Source: Octopus sinensis
Taxonomy: Eukaryota
DNA: 64,000 nt
Direction of reading: 5' to 3'
NCBI RefSeq assembly: GCF_006345805.1
Contig: NC_043010.1
Coordinates: 32,984,001 to 33,048,000, forward strand
Part shown: piece by piece, positions 40,793 to 52,853 of the stretch
Layout of the letters: every line of letters begins with the position of its first letter
Numbering within the stretch: the stretch's first letter is position 1
The notes under the pieces: model-generated
What the model was told of the DNA's origin: nothing
Database searches by the model: none
What the model saw: only the letters and a program-made list of their open reading frames with translations
Position numbers and translations under genes: made by a program

Positions 40793-41284
40793 AATTAAGG
40801 ACTGCCCACACGAAAAGTGGACAGTCAACATGCTAGATATAGACGTCAAATCGCCATTCTCCACAAAAAAGTTTATGTTCTCAGATCAAACTCAACAAAA
40901 CCAAAGTAATAAACAAGTGAAAAATATACGAAATAAATATTTACCCATGTACTAAATTTAGTTTCAGCTGTTATTTCCCGCAAGGAAAAGTGCAGCATCA
41001 TCAGCATGCACGCGATATTTTGGTGTCGTGTTGGCATTTAGTCCAGCAAATTACATTTTATATGGGACCATGCTGATGATGCTGCACTTTTCCTTGCGGA
41101 AAATAACAGCTGAAACTAAATTTAGTACATGGGTAAATATTTATTTCGTATATTTTTCACTTGTTTATTACTTTGGTTTTGTTGAGTTGATCTGAGAACA
41201 TAAACTTTTTTGTGGAGAATGGCGATTTGGACGTCTATATCTAGCATGTTGACTGTCCACTTTTCGTGTGCAGTCCTTAATTGG
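40791..41284. repeat. Palindrome, ~217-bp arms with 60-bp spacer (inverted PLE-type termini)
   Basis: 40791-41008 is the reverse complement of 41069-41284 with few differences, mostly small indels; (TA)n on the outer sides. Confidence 0.92.
41068..41132 (+). ncRNA. Canonical minimal type I hammerhead ribozyme (mirror copy on minus strand ~40945-41008)
   Basis: CCATG CTGATGA T GCTG..loop..CAGC T GAAA CTAAA TTTAG TA CATGG. 5-bp stem I, palindromic ACTAAATTTAGT stem III, GUA triplet at 41125-41127. Confidence 0.83.
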
Positions 41285-41379
41285 TATATATAATATTTTA
41301 ATCTTCGGATTCTTTTTTAAATGCTAGACCATGGTTCTAATTGATAAATATCAATTTTTACCCTAAATTTAATTTTATA

Positions 41380-41426
<47 letters not shown>

Positions 41427-41499
41427 ATATAATTTAATCCAAACGGGAAACAAAAAAACAACAACAATGGAACAATTACAGTATTATTATTAATAGGCG

Positions 41500-42290
41500 C
41501 TCAGGAAATGGAAGCAGGGAGGTATGACGTTTCGAGCGGAGCTCTTCGTCGGAAACATAAAGAAGGAAGAGAGAGGAAGAGAAAGATCCCAGAGCGGGCA
41601 ACAGGGAAAGAGAAAAAAGACGACTGGTGTTTACGAGTTGCACATGGTGAAAGGCGGATGTTTACGATAACAAGAGCAAAGTGGGTTTTTAAGGCAAAAG
41701 AGTGGAGACAAGGTTGGTAACGCAACAGATGTGTGTGTATGTGTGAGTGTGTGCGTGTGCGTGTGTGTATGTGTGTGAGTGTGTGTGCGTGTGCGTGTGT
41801 GTTGTGTGTGTGTGAGGCGAGATGAAAAAAACAAAAAAATATGTGTTGTTAGTGTGTGCGTCTGGTGTGCAGGCGTGTGAGGTAGGGCGAGACAGTGGTC
41901 AGCTTAGCAGACAAAGGTCAGTAGTAAGAAAAAGAAGGAAGGAGGAAGGGAGGGAGGGGAAGGGTGGTGGGGCGTATGTAGCGTGCCAGCGTGTGTTGAG
42001 TAGTAGTGTGTGTGTGTGTCCAGTGTCGTAGTGGTATTAATGGCGAGTAGATTGAATGTGTGTAAGAGTAATGTATATATTTAAGCAATGTGTGTATATG
42101 TGTGCGCGTGGTGTGTAACGAAAAGGGGGGGGTTAAGGAAAAAGGACTCCAGCTGAGGGGGAGATGGAAGAGGGTCCCGCGGAGACGGGCGTGGGAAAAC
42201 CAACGACACGCGACGGTCCCAGGAACGGGCGGGAGGTCACGTCGGGTCAAGAGCGAGGTGCATGCGGCGCGTATGCGTGCGCGAACCGGC
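41500..42290 (-). mobile_element. Penelope-like 3' remnant with hammerhead
   Basis: Decayed C-terminus (..LRGTLF..), a low-complexity UTR, and a hammerhead at 41522-41556. Confidence 0.5.
41522..41556 (-). ncRNA. Minimal hammerhead motif (U4->C variant)
   Basis: GTTT CCGACGA A GAGC TCC GCTC GAAAC GTC ATAC; GUC triplet; stem I has one U-U mismatch. Confidence 0.62.
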
Positions 42291-42511
42291 GCAAATATAT
42301 ATATATATATAAAGTGATGGCTTGTTACCAAAAGACAACAGTACGCTTGTGTCACATAGCCAACTGGAAACGGTGTTTCCTGGGGCTAAATGGCAGTTGC
42401 ATTCTTCCCCTTACTGGGACTGCCACAATAAGTTGGCAACAAACCATCACTTTATTGAACTGCTACTATATAAATCTGAGAGATTTAGAAATGTAATATT
42501 TCTGATTTAAG

Positions 42512-42543
<32 letters not shown>

Positions 42544-42589
42544 GTATATATATATATCACCTTGTTTAGTAAAATGGCTTCGATCATGC

Positions 42590-42745
42590 TGGGGCATCGC
42601 CTTTAGCTGAATGAATCGAATTCAGTACTTATTTGTTTTGTTATTTAAATCTGATATTCTATTGCCCTCTTTTGCCGAACAGCTAAGTTAAGAGACGTAG
42701 GCACGTCACCACTAATTGCCAAGCGGTGGTGGGAGGGACAGATAC
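42590..42745 (-). mobile_element. SINE family B, 3' half, decayed
   Basis: ggcttcgatcatgctggggcatcgcc..ttttgccgaacagctaagtta..gccaagcggtggtggga. Confidence 0.65.
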
Positions 42746-42791
42746 ACACACGCACATATACACACGCACGCACACACACACATACATATAC

Positions 42792-42852
<61 letters not shown>

Positions 42853-42874
42853 ATAATATATATATATGTATGTA

Positions 42875-42911
<37 letters not shown>

Positions 42912-42964
42912 AGGCGCAATGACACTAATATGTAAATCTATACATATAGTATCACTATATGTAT

Positions 42965-43240
42965 AGATTTACTTGCGGTCGTAGGATCGCGGTTTCGTTT
43001 CCCAGAACGAGCGATGTGAGTGTTTATTGGGCGAAAACACCTAAAGCTCCACGAGGCTCCGGCAGGGGGTGGTGGCGCTCCCTGCTGTACTCTTTCGCCA
43101 CAACTTTCTCTCACTCTTTCTTCTGTTGGCCTGCTCGCTTAGCCAGCGGGGTGGCGTCATTTGAAGGCTAAAACAATGCGAAGCGCATTGTGACCAGCGA
43201 TGTGTAGCAACATCTTATAGCCTGGTCGGTCACGGTGACG
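42965..43240 (+). mobile_element. Third SINE-like interspersed repeat
   Basis: GC-rich island with tRNA-like remnant (aggatcgcggtttcgtttccc) and tail ending ggtcacggtgacggtga before (TA)n. Confidence 0.45.
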
Positions 43241-43282
<42 letters not shown>

Positions 43283-43289
43283 ATATATA

Positions 43290-43385
43290 TACGACGGGCT
43301 TCTTTCAGCTTCCGTCTACCAAATTGACGCACAAGACTTTGGTCGGCCTCGGGTTATAGTAGAAGACACTTGCTTTTTCTCTTGG
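43290..43385 (-). mobile_element. SINE family B fragment
   Basis: cgacgggcttctttcagcttccgtctaccaaa..atagtagaagacacttgc. Confidence 0.75.
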
Positions 43386-43778
43386 CACCCCGCCCCTCGT
43401 AGGTCTTCCCCGTTTCACATTTCTTAGCCCAGTTACCAATTTCTTTTTATACTAATGAAACCAATGTATTTCGTTTAGAAAGAGGAGGACACTGTACATG
43501 TCTATGTGTTGTACGTGAGTTTATGTACGTGTGTGTGCGTGCGTGTGTGTGTGTGTGTGTGTGTGCGCGTGCGTACGTACGTCAAACTTCTAAACCATTT
43601 TCGTCAGACAAAATGATTTAAAAATGTATTGTCCAGCCTCGGGCTATAACAGAAGGGTACAATATAATTGCTGAAAATTCCGCCTGCGAGAAATATACCT
43701 AGAACTACGTGTTTTCCGAGCGAACACCTTAACCACATAGCTATATCTGCACCATTTATCTACGTGTATGTGTATGTA

Positions 43779-43829
<51 letters not shown>

Positions 43830-44284
43830 CAGAGAGAGAGAGTGTGTGTGTGTGTGGATACGCATATTCATATGTATACGTGTGTTTCCAATATATGAGG
43901 CAATTGAAACACTAGACGGATGCCAAAGACAACAATTATTACTATTGTTCTTGTAATTGTTGTTATTCTTGTTGTCATTGAGGTTTTCTCTTGTTTCATA
44001 GCATAATAATCTACAAGTAATCGATACAGAGACATTATTTGGCCCTGAACACAATGCATCGTAATTTCTAGTATTGTGTTATTTTCAAGGCAATCGATTA
44101 GTCAAGGATAGAAACACAGTTCACATTTAACATCAGAGAAAATTCTAAACGTTTTAAAAGCTTTCATTTATTTCCTTTTCTTTATTTTTTTATTATCTTC
44201 CCACAGCCTTCTGCTTAAAACTTTTTTTCTATTTCTATTTTAGCAGTAGGAGTCATAAGGCCGGTTCGCCCGTTGTAGGTTCAA

Positions 44285-44476
44285 GGCCGGCAATTTTTAG
44301 AGGAGTCGATTACAACGATTCCGGTACTTGTCTAGTACTTTATTTTATCTACCCTGAAGGAATAAATTGCAGAGTTGCCCTCGAGGGCGGACGGGGGTTA
44401 CTTCAGAACGTAAAGAGCCGAAAGAAATGCTGCTAAGCATCTTGTCCAAGGTGCTAACGATTCTGCCATCTCACCA
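44285..44476 (-). mobile_element. SINE family A, decayed
   Basis: cagaacgtaaagagccg..gctaagcatc..gctaacgattctgccatctcacc. Confidence 0.6.
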
Positions 44477-45109
44477 TCTTTCTATTTAAAGCTTTTTTTT
44501 TTTTTTGTCAAATTCGAAATCGCATAAATGTATTTATGCGGTTTCAAATTCCGGTAGGCAACTCTTCTATTCAATGGTTTTATAGGAAATCTATAATTCC
44601 TTTGTCGGTTATATCCTGCTTTCACAGGATATTGAAAATGTATAATTCTTTTGTCGGTTATATCCTGCTTTTACAAAGCAATTTGTTGCTCAGTTTTATA
44701 ACATTTCTGATGTGATTTGGAGCATTCTAAAATGTTGTAAATATGCTCTGATTGGACAGGTCTATGACCAAGAGTATTTCAAGCCTCGTATTAACATATT
44801 TGCTGGCATTCTATAACAAGGACATCCTTCTTTTTCTAATATAGTAGAATGTATGATCGAGAAATATTTAGCTACTGTCGAGCAGTTCAAGGGAGAGCGT
44901 AAAGGTTCCCTCTTTGGTGCAAATGTTTATTGGAATGGTAATGTTTTGTTTAAGATCCACAAGGAAATAGATTTATTTTCCTGCTTTTCTTTATGTTCAT
45001 CAGACATAGTGCTCTATACATTACTGGTACTCTTCTCACTTCCAAACCCTAATCATAACCTACTGTTTGCTTATTATCATATTTTATATTTTATTATTTA
45101 TTGTTGTAT

Positions 45110-45750
45110 CGGACAAAATGCTTAGCGGTATTTTGTCTACCGCTACGTTCTGAGTTCAAATTCCGCCGAGGTCGGCTTTGCCTTTCATCCTTTCGGGGTC
45201 GATAAATTAAGTACCATAACGCACTGGGGTCGATGTAATCGACTTAATACCTATGTCTGTCCTTGTTTGTCCACTCTATGTTTAGCCCCTTGTGGCTAAT
45301 AAAGAAATAGGTATTTCGTCTGCCGCTACGTTTTGAGTTCAAATTCCGCCGAGATCCACTTTGCCTTTCATCCTTTCGGGGTCGATAAATTAAGTACCAG
45401 TTACGCACTGGGGTCGATCTAATCGACTTAATCCGTTTGTCTGTCCTTGTTTGTCCTCTCTGTGTTTAGCCCCTTGTGGGTAGTAAAGAAATAAGTATTT
45501 CGTCTGTCTTGACATTCGGATTTCAAATTCTGCCGAGGTCGACTTTGCTTTCATCCTTTTAGTGTCTATAAATAAGTACCCTCGAAATTGCTGGCCGTGT
45601 GTCAAAATTTGAAGCCGTTATTATTTATTATTGGTACTAAAGGTGGTGGGCTGGCAGAAAAGTTACCACGCCGTACAAAATGCTTAGCTGCATTTCTTCC
45701 CACTTAATGTTCTGTATTCAAATGCTGCCAAGGTTGACTTTGCCTTTCTT
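45110..45750 (+). mobile_element. Head-to-tail array of SINE family A units (three, plus a fourth diverged)
   Basis: Units restart at gtattt(c/t)gtct near 45128, 45311 and 45496, each following the tail aaagaaata(g/a)gta. Confidence 0.85.
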
Positions 45751-45789
45751 GTACCGTGATACTTTTTCAACTTCACTCCAGGCGAGAGA

Positions 45790-47196
45790 GTTAATAAAAA
45801 CTGTGGAGCTTCTTTAGAAACGCCCCTTTCCAATTAATGAAGAAAAATAAATAATGTATGCAAGAAATTAGAAAGATTCATACATTTTTTTTTAATATTT
45901 TACACTAAAAAATAAAACAGAAACGGGAAACGGGCACCTGTGGACAATCTACTTTTACCAATCAGGTACTATTAATGATACGCGGGGCCCGACAATATCG
46001 TTTGCAAATTCTTGATTGTTTTTTATCAGATTTTTTTTACTGCGCACACTCGTTAGTTAGGGTTAGGGTTAGGATTAGGGTTAAGATTAGTTAAGGTTAG
46101 GATTAGGGTTAGAGTTAGTGTTAGGGTTAGGGTTAGAATTAGGGCTAGGGTTAGTCAAGGTTAGGGTTAGTTAAGATTAGGGTTAGCGTTAGGGTTAGAA
46201 TTAGGGTTAAGATTAGTTAAGGTTAGGATTAGGGTTAGAGTTAGTGTTAGGGTTAGGGCTAGAATTAGGGCTAGGGCTAGTCAAGGTTAGGGTTAGTTAA
46301 GATTAGGGTTAGCGTTAGGGTTAGAATTAGGGTTAAGATTAGTTAAGGTTAGGATTAGGGTTAGAGTTAGTGTTAGGGTTAGGGTTAGAATTAGGGCTAG
46401 GGCTAGTCAAGGTTAGGGTTAGTTAAGATTAGGGTTAGCGTTAGGGTTAGAATTAGGGTTAAGATTAGTTAAGGTTAGGATTAGGGTTGAGGTTAGTGTT
46501 AGAGTTAGGGTTAGAATTAGGGTTAGGGCAAGTCAAGGTTAGAGTTAGTTAAGATTAGGGTTAGCGTTAGGGTTAGAATTAGGGTTAGTTAGGGTTAGGA
46601 TTAGGATTAGGGCTAGGGCTAGTCAAGGTTAGGTTTAGTTAAGATTAGGGTTAGCGTTAGGGTTAGAATTAGAGTTAGTTAGGGTTAGGGTTAGAGTTAG
46701 TATTAGGGTTAGGTTAGATTTAGGGTTAGGATTAGGGTTAGGTTTAGGGTTAGGGCTAGGATTAGGGTTGGGGTTAGGGTTAGATGGTGATCACGCGCTT
46801 TACCTTCGCCCATTTTATGATATTGTGATAAACGACAAAAATAATTATAAAACAACAGAGTAAGGCGTACGCAAGTTTTGTAATTTTTATTTTTGTTTTT
46901 CAAGAAACAGATTGTGAAACGGTCTTCTTATAATTCGCAACCGATATTGTCAGGGCCCCTCATATCATTAATAATACCTGATTGGTAAAAGTATCGCCCA
47001 ATTCCACATATATTCCACGAGTGCCCGTTCCCGTTTCTGTGTTATTTTTTAGTATTAAATATTTAAAGATGAATGTATCTTTCTAATTTTTTGCATGCAT
47101 TATTTATTTTGCATATATTATCCGTTTTCATAACATTTTCTTCATTTATATAGAGAGGTGCGTTTCTAAAGAAGCGCCAAAGCTGTTGTCAATAAC
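45790..47196. mobile_element. Foldback-like element: long imperfect terminal inverted repeats around a telomere-derived array
   Basis: ~45790-46010 (gcttctttagaaacgc..acagaaacgggaa.cgggcac..ttttaccaatcaggta.tattaatgata..ggggccc.gacaatatcg) is an imperfect reverse complement of ~46930-47196. Confidence 0.75.
46052..46782 (+). repeat. Interstitial (TTAGGG)n-derived satellite with 126-bp higher-order repeat
   Basis: The marker gggttaagattagttaagg recurs at 46078, 46204, 46330 and 46456 (period 126), mixing TTAGGG with TTAGAG, CTAGGG, TTAGAA and TTAGCG variants. Confidence 0.93.
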
Positions 47197-47342
47197 GAGA
47201 CAGAAGGGGATTCCAAAAACCTGGTTTTCGGCATTCAGATACTATTAATAACAAGAAAACAATAATTATACCTATTTCGTGGGCGGGGGATGTTTTTTGG
47301 GTTTTTTTTTTAAATTTCAAGAAAATATAAACTTCTAGAATT

Positions 47343-47530
47343 GGTGCGGTTGTGCGGTAAGAAGTTCGCTTCTCAGTTACATGGTTCCGGATTCAATCCC
47401 ACTACATGGCACTTTGGGCAAGTGTCTTCTACTATAGCTCTGGGCAGACTAAAGCTTTCTAAGTGGATCTAATTGTGAGAAAGGGTTAGGGTTAAGAATC
47501 ATATCGTACATGTGTGTGTGTGTGTGTGTG

Positions 47531-47561
<31 letters not shown>

Positions 47562-47765
47562 CGCGTGTGTGCCTTTAAATTTGAGTTTGTCCCCCACCAC
47601 AGCTTCACAACCGTAACTTAGCAATATAGCAAAAGATACCGATAGCATAAGTACCAGGCTTTAAAAAATTATTACGGTTGTCGATTTGTTCGACTAAACC
47701 CTCTAGTGCAATGCTCCAGCATGGCCGCAGTCCAATGACTGAAAGCACCAAAAGATAAAAGAAAA
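47343..47765 (+). mobile_element. SINE family B, full length, diverged
   Basis: Head gttgtgcggtaagaagttcg..ggattcaatccc, ggcaagtgtcttctactatagc, tail ccagcatggccgcagtcc. Confidence 0.8.
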
Positions 47766-48435
47766 TAACCTTGTATGTTTGTCTCTCTATTCTTTGGCAA
47801 TGATATCCCTAATATTCTAAGACAGTGAGACTTTGTCGCTTTTAGAGATTTCTTGTTTGTTTTGTACTCTCTGTTTTATACATCAATCTGGTAGAATTTA
47901 TTTATACACACTTTTCCAGTGTATATCGTTACTTCTGATCTGTCTGCCAATAAAACTGTTTCATTTTGTTTAATTCTTTGCTGAGATAAGGATATCATGA
48001 ATAGCAGTCTAGAGTCGTGCATGGTCGAATGATTAAGAAGTTCGCTTAAACCTCAGGTTCGATCCCCACTGCACAGCTTGCTGGATGGATATCTTCTACT
48101 GTAGCTTTATCAATAAAAGAAATGCAACAGAATTGGCCCGTCGGATAGATTATAATTAAAAGGATAATCCTTTTCCCTTACAATGCTATGAGGAGTCTGG
48201 GTGAGGATTTTGTACAGGGCACACTTATGTGCGAAATACCATAATATACGGTACTCTATAATACAAAGAATGTGTGCTTCAGTTGATCAAACAGCGGGAT
48301 TGTTCATCATTCAAACCGACACAGAATCTATTCAGCTAAACCGAAACAAGACAACGGTTTTGATTCCTACTTAGCCCAGTGTCACCGAAAATCATCATAT
48401 TCAATTCTAATATATTCGGAATATTGGCATCATTA

Positions 48436-48646
48436 AAGACTGTGAGCTGGCAGAATCGTTAGCACGCCGGGCATAATGCTTAACGACATTTTGTCCGTCT
48501 GTACGTTGAGTTCAAATTTCACCGTGGTTGACTTCATTTTCATCCTTTCGGGGTCGATAAAGTAAGTACTAGTTGAGCACTTGAGTCGATTTAATCTACT
48601 TGACCCCGCCCTCAAAACTGCTGGCCTTGTGCCAAAATTTGAAACC
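48436..48646 (+). mobile_element. SINE family A with 16-bp TSD
   Basis: aatattggcatcatta at 48420-48435 and 48647-48662. Confidence 0.87.
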
Positions 48647-49149
48647 AATATTGGCATCATTAGACTGTCGGTGGTGCCCCAGCATGGCCGCGGCCTTCGG
48701 GCTAAAACATTTTTAAGGATTTAAGGATTTAAGTGTTTTATAAGGCCAATACTTGGAGCTAACTAGCTTAAAGTCACGCAGAAGAAAAGGTGAGAAATGA
48801 TTCTAGATTCAAGGTGTTCATTTCTATAAAGGTAATATTTTGTGTAATAAAGAAAACAAAGAGCTATAGTGACCTACCATCTAATGGGAAATCCGTTTTC
48901 AGTAATTTCACTTTCTCACCTCTCAGAAAGAATTTTGTATACCTCATTTAGACACACTTTCCAGTGCATATCGCTGCTTCTGTTCTGTCTGTAAATATAA
49001 TTGTTTTATTCGGTGTTGAATAACAAGTTTATGAACTTCATTTTACAAAGACATATTTTTGTTTGTTTTGTTTTTTAGTTTGTTTTTTTGTCTTTTTTTC
49101 TCCGTCTCTAATATAAAGGTGAAGATGTGTAGTCTAGTTGTTAAGGTTT

Positions 49150-49890
49150 TGCACTCATGGTTGCAAGAACATGGCTTCGATTTCCCAGGTACATTATGTT
49201 CTTGAGAAAAAACTTCATTTCACGTTACTCTAATCGAATCCAAGAGAGGTTTCGCTTCATGTCGAAATTACTGTCGTTTTCAAGTCTTCAGGAAATATAC
49301 CAATGCGTAGTCTTTTCTTGGTATACTGAGTGTTTCACATACAGGTCTTCTTTGAACTGTATAAGTCCAGCAGTTTTGGGCTGTACGGGAGGTCATCGGG
49401 AAGAGAGTGTATCCTGAGGAGCTCGCTGCCGACACGTTGGACACTGAGAACAAAATTTTTCGGTACAAAATTCAGGTTTATATTTTTGCTGAAGTTGCTT
49501 AACAAGTACTATCTGAGAGAGACTATGCCACATTCGCAGGCTGTCAACACTGATCTCAAGCCCCTGCCTCCTTCGTCTCTCTTAAGTAGAGCCTGTGGAC
49601 CTTATTATTTCTATGGACATTTCCAGTTGATATCAGGAACTTGCGGATTTTAATGTCTAAAAAATAGATTTCTTCCACAGGTCAATCAAGTATCCGAAAT
49701 GCTGGAATCAGCAGTGGTACTGCAAATGCACTGTGGGATATTTTCTTGTACGTGGACAGTTCTGACTGCCATATTTTTCTATGGCCTAATATTCTCGGGT
49801 CATTCCATCTTTATTCACAGTACCTTCGTATTATATATTTTCATCAGCACATTCTTTGTGTTGGATAAGGGAGACATAAACATTTCTTTT
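49150..49890 (-). mobile_element. Decayed R4/Dong-like RT C-terminal fragment
   Basis: KIWQSELST..SAFAVPLLIPAFRILD..KIRKFLIS..HRLYL..GGRGLRSV matches KSELNARNK..SLAVPVVTYS..DRLYLSRAQGGRGL of the 809-aa ORF. Confidence 0.7.
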
Positions 49891-51031
49891 GGCTAAATTC
49901 TATTCCTATGTCAGCTGAAAATATTATTAATTCCATGTATGTATGCATCAATGTATGTATGTATTATGTATGTATGTCTGTCTGTATGTGTGTATGTATC
50001 TATGTATTTATGCATGTATGTATGTATGTATGTATGTATGTATGTATGTATGCATGTATGTATGCATGTATGTATGTATGTGTGTATAAATATTTAAATA
50101 CCTGAAGGGCAGCCCAGTTGACTCTGTCTACATATAATATGATACTCTTGAGTAAAGTTTAAATTTCTTCTTTAAACACGATTTGTTTATTATTCTTAAA
50201 TTATTAAATATCTCACACACCCACACACACACGTATGCAATACAGACATACACATATGCACTTAACACACATTTGTCTCGCGTGCGTTTTATCTTTCAGT
50301 CCGCTGAATGTGTCTATCTATTCCTCAATTATACAGTCAATACCGCTATCAATAATTCACACACACACACAACACCCTCTCTCTCTCTCTCTCTCTCTCC
50401 CTCTCTCTCTCTCTCTCTTCCTCTAATACGTACACACCACTTTGCTTTTCAGCTCTTTTCTGCGCATTGTTATAGTTATTGGGTATTTGGGTATTGTTAT
50501 GTTAATAATTAGTACACAATTCTCATGGAAAATGCTAGGTTCATTATGAGCTGTCTGCTGATTACTATGTAAACTACCTATTCTTTGAGAGAAAAAAAAC
50601 GGTCCTATCCTCCTTCTCTGACATATTAGGCTGAGTACGGGTATAAACTCACAATACTACCTCAGCACGTACATCAAATGTGGCTTGTAGATATTTCGCA
50701 GTCACTTGACCTCAATAAATAGGTTGTTCTTCAACTATTTAACATAATCAAGTAGTATCTAATTTAAGAGCGATATGTAAACAGGAAATTATTTACATGG
50801 CCTAATTTGACAGAGACCACAAGATCTGTTTAGTGTAATCGGCAATGACGGTTCGATAATTGATCGTTTAGCAGACATTACATACTTGTTTCGAGTCCCA
50901 CTATAAACCCTAGCCTCTTATTCATCTTTTCTAGATGGTACTAGCAAATAACTTAAATATGTGTGTGTCTTGGAGAGAAAGAAAGAGAGCACTTACATTT
51001 ACATATTTAAATAAGTGCGTATGTGTGTGTG

Positions 51032-51062
<31 letters not shown>

Positions 51063-52539
51063 GAATATTATTCTAAACTTACAGGGAAAAATTCAATTTA
51101 GTAATACTAAATATTGGCACGATATGAACTCTAATGTAAAGATATAGAACTGAAAGAAATGACACCAGCATTTTGTCTATCGCGCTAACGATTCTGCCAA
51201 CTTGCCGCCTTCTTTAACACTAAAACTAATGTAGTTTTTTTATAAAAGGCTTCCATAGTGAATAGCGTCACTAATTCTTTAATTGATTAACAGGCAAAGG
51301 GATATGAGAGAGCTACAGAATCAGATATAGAGCACATGTTTCACAGTAAAAGAATTCGCAAAAAAAAAAGTTTAAGGTGTGTTGATGAGGTTCCAAGTAC
51401 AGTTGACCGAATATTCGACTTGACTTTTTATTCTTTATCGGAGAGATTTTCACAGTTACAATCACTAAATAACATATGGGAGTCTTTAAATAGCATAAAA
51501 TATTGAGCAGATTAAAAATAAACTAAGATGCCAAAACTTTGAAGATAAGGTACCAAGAAATATCGTGATATTAACGGATGTGATCTCTTGACTGAAGTAG
51601 ATATTATTACCTGAAAATGTAAAGCTTCCAATAGAAGCCATTAGATTCCTCAACTCTCATAAATTACAAGATGTCTTGCTAAAATTGGAGGTTGCATTCA
51701 GAATTTAATTAGGTCTGTCATGAACCTTAGGACTCATAAGACCGGGGCTTAATCCCGTTTCATGGCATATAAGTGACTGAGATTACAACATTCCTCCCTG
51801 AACGGGACGCCCTAATCTGTCATGGAACACATTTACAGCTAGGTGGACCCCAGTGGTCAACGTGTACTAGACAATGAAACGGGAATCGAAACCACCCTAA
51901 CCACTAGGCCAGGTACCTTAAGCATTAAGAATAATACCTATAACTGTGTCTGTACGAGAGAAAAGCTCTATTAAAGTAAAGCCAATAAAGATATATTATC
52001 ACACGACGCAAGAAGCGAGACAAACTGGTGGGGAAGAGCAATTTTATCATGAGAAATTATACTGTAAAAATGAAAATTTTTACATTTCTAAAGTCGAAAA
52101 GATATATTTAAGTCCGAACAATGTGTAGTTGTTTCATTGTTTATATTCTTTGAATCTTTGGCATAAAGTACGTTACACGGGCAGATCAATGGTACTCTTC
52201 GAACATTCCTTCACCCATTCATTCTCCATTGGGTGTTCATCTTAAAAATGTATCACGATCATAGCTAAATAGTGCTGACACTTTCCTTCTGCCTATTGCA
52301 ATTTTTGCGATATAAACTAGTCTATCATATATCTGTGTTTGAGTACATGCTTATCAGCATCTCTCTCTCCCTTTCTTTTCCCTTTTCGTCTTCTCTTCTT
52401 CATTTCTCCTCCTTTTCTCTCCGTTTCCCTTTTTCTTTATTTTTCTTCTCTTGCCTTAGTATTTTTCATCTCTTCATGCCTTTTGAATTTTTTCTCCTTA
52501 TGCCTTTTGTATTCTCTCTCTGCTTATTTCCTCGTGTTC

Positions 52540-52575
52540 CTTTCTGTTGAAGAGCGTAGGCTCGAAACGTAAAAG
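52540..52575 (+). ncRNA. Hammerhead motif, GAGC-GTAG-GCTC family, best copy
   Basis: CTTT CTGTTGA A GAGC GTAG GCTC GAAAC GTA AAAG. 4-bp stem I, 4-bp stem II, palindromic ACGT stem III; A6->U in the core. Confidence 0.65.
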
Positions 52576-52645
52576 ACTTTCTCACCTTTCCAAGCGTTAA
52601 ACTAATACACCTGTCTTCGTCTTTTGTTTTTCTGTAAATTTCAAC

Positions 52646-52676
<31 letters not shown>

Positions 52677-52688
52677 TATATATATATA

Positions 52689-52821
52689 CACTAGCTGTTG
52701 GACCCGGCCTTGCCCGTGTTTCCCGTGTTGAAGTTAAGCCCACCTCTGACCTTGTATTGAAATCTTCTACGTTCCCCGTGCCAACTATTACCCATTAAGA
52801 TGCTATATACACATATATATG

Positions 52822-52853
<32 letters not shown>

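Noticed and set aside
45110-45750. CRISPR-like repeat-spacer array
   Set aside because: The units are SINE copies without unique spacers; eukaryotic context and no cas genes.
46052-46782. True chromosome end
   Set aside because: The array is degenerate, has higher-order structure and is flanked by ordinary sequence on both sides.
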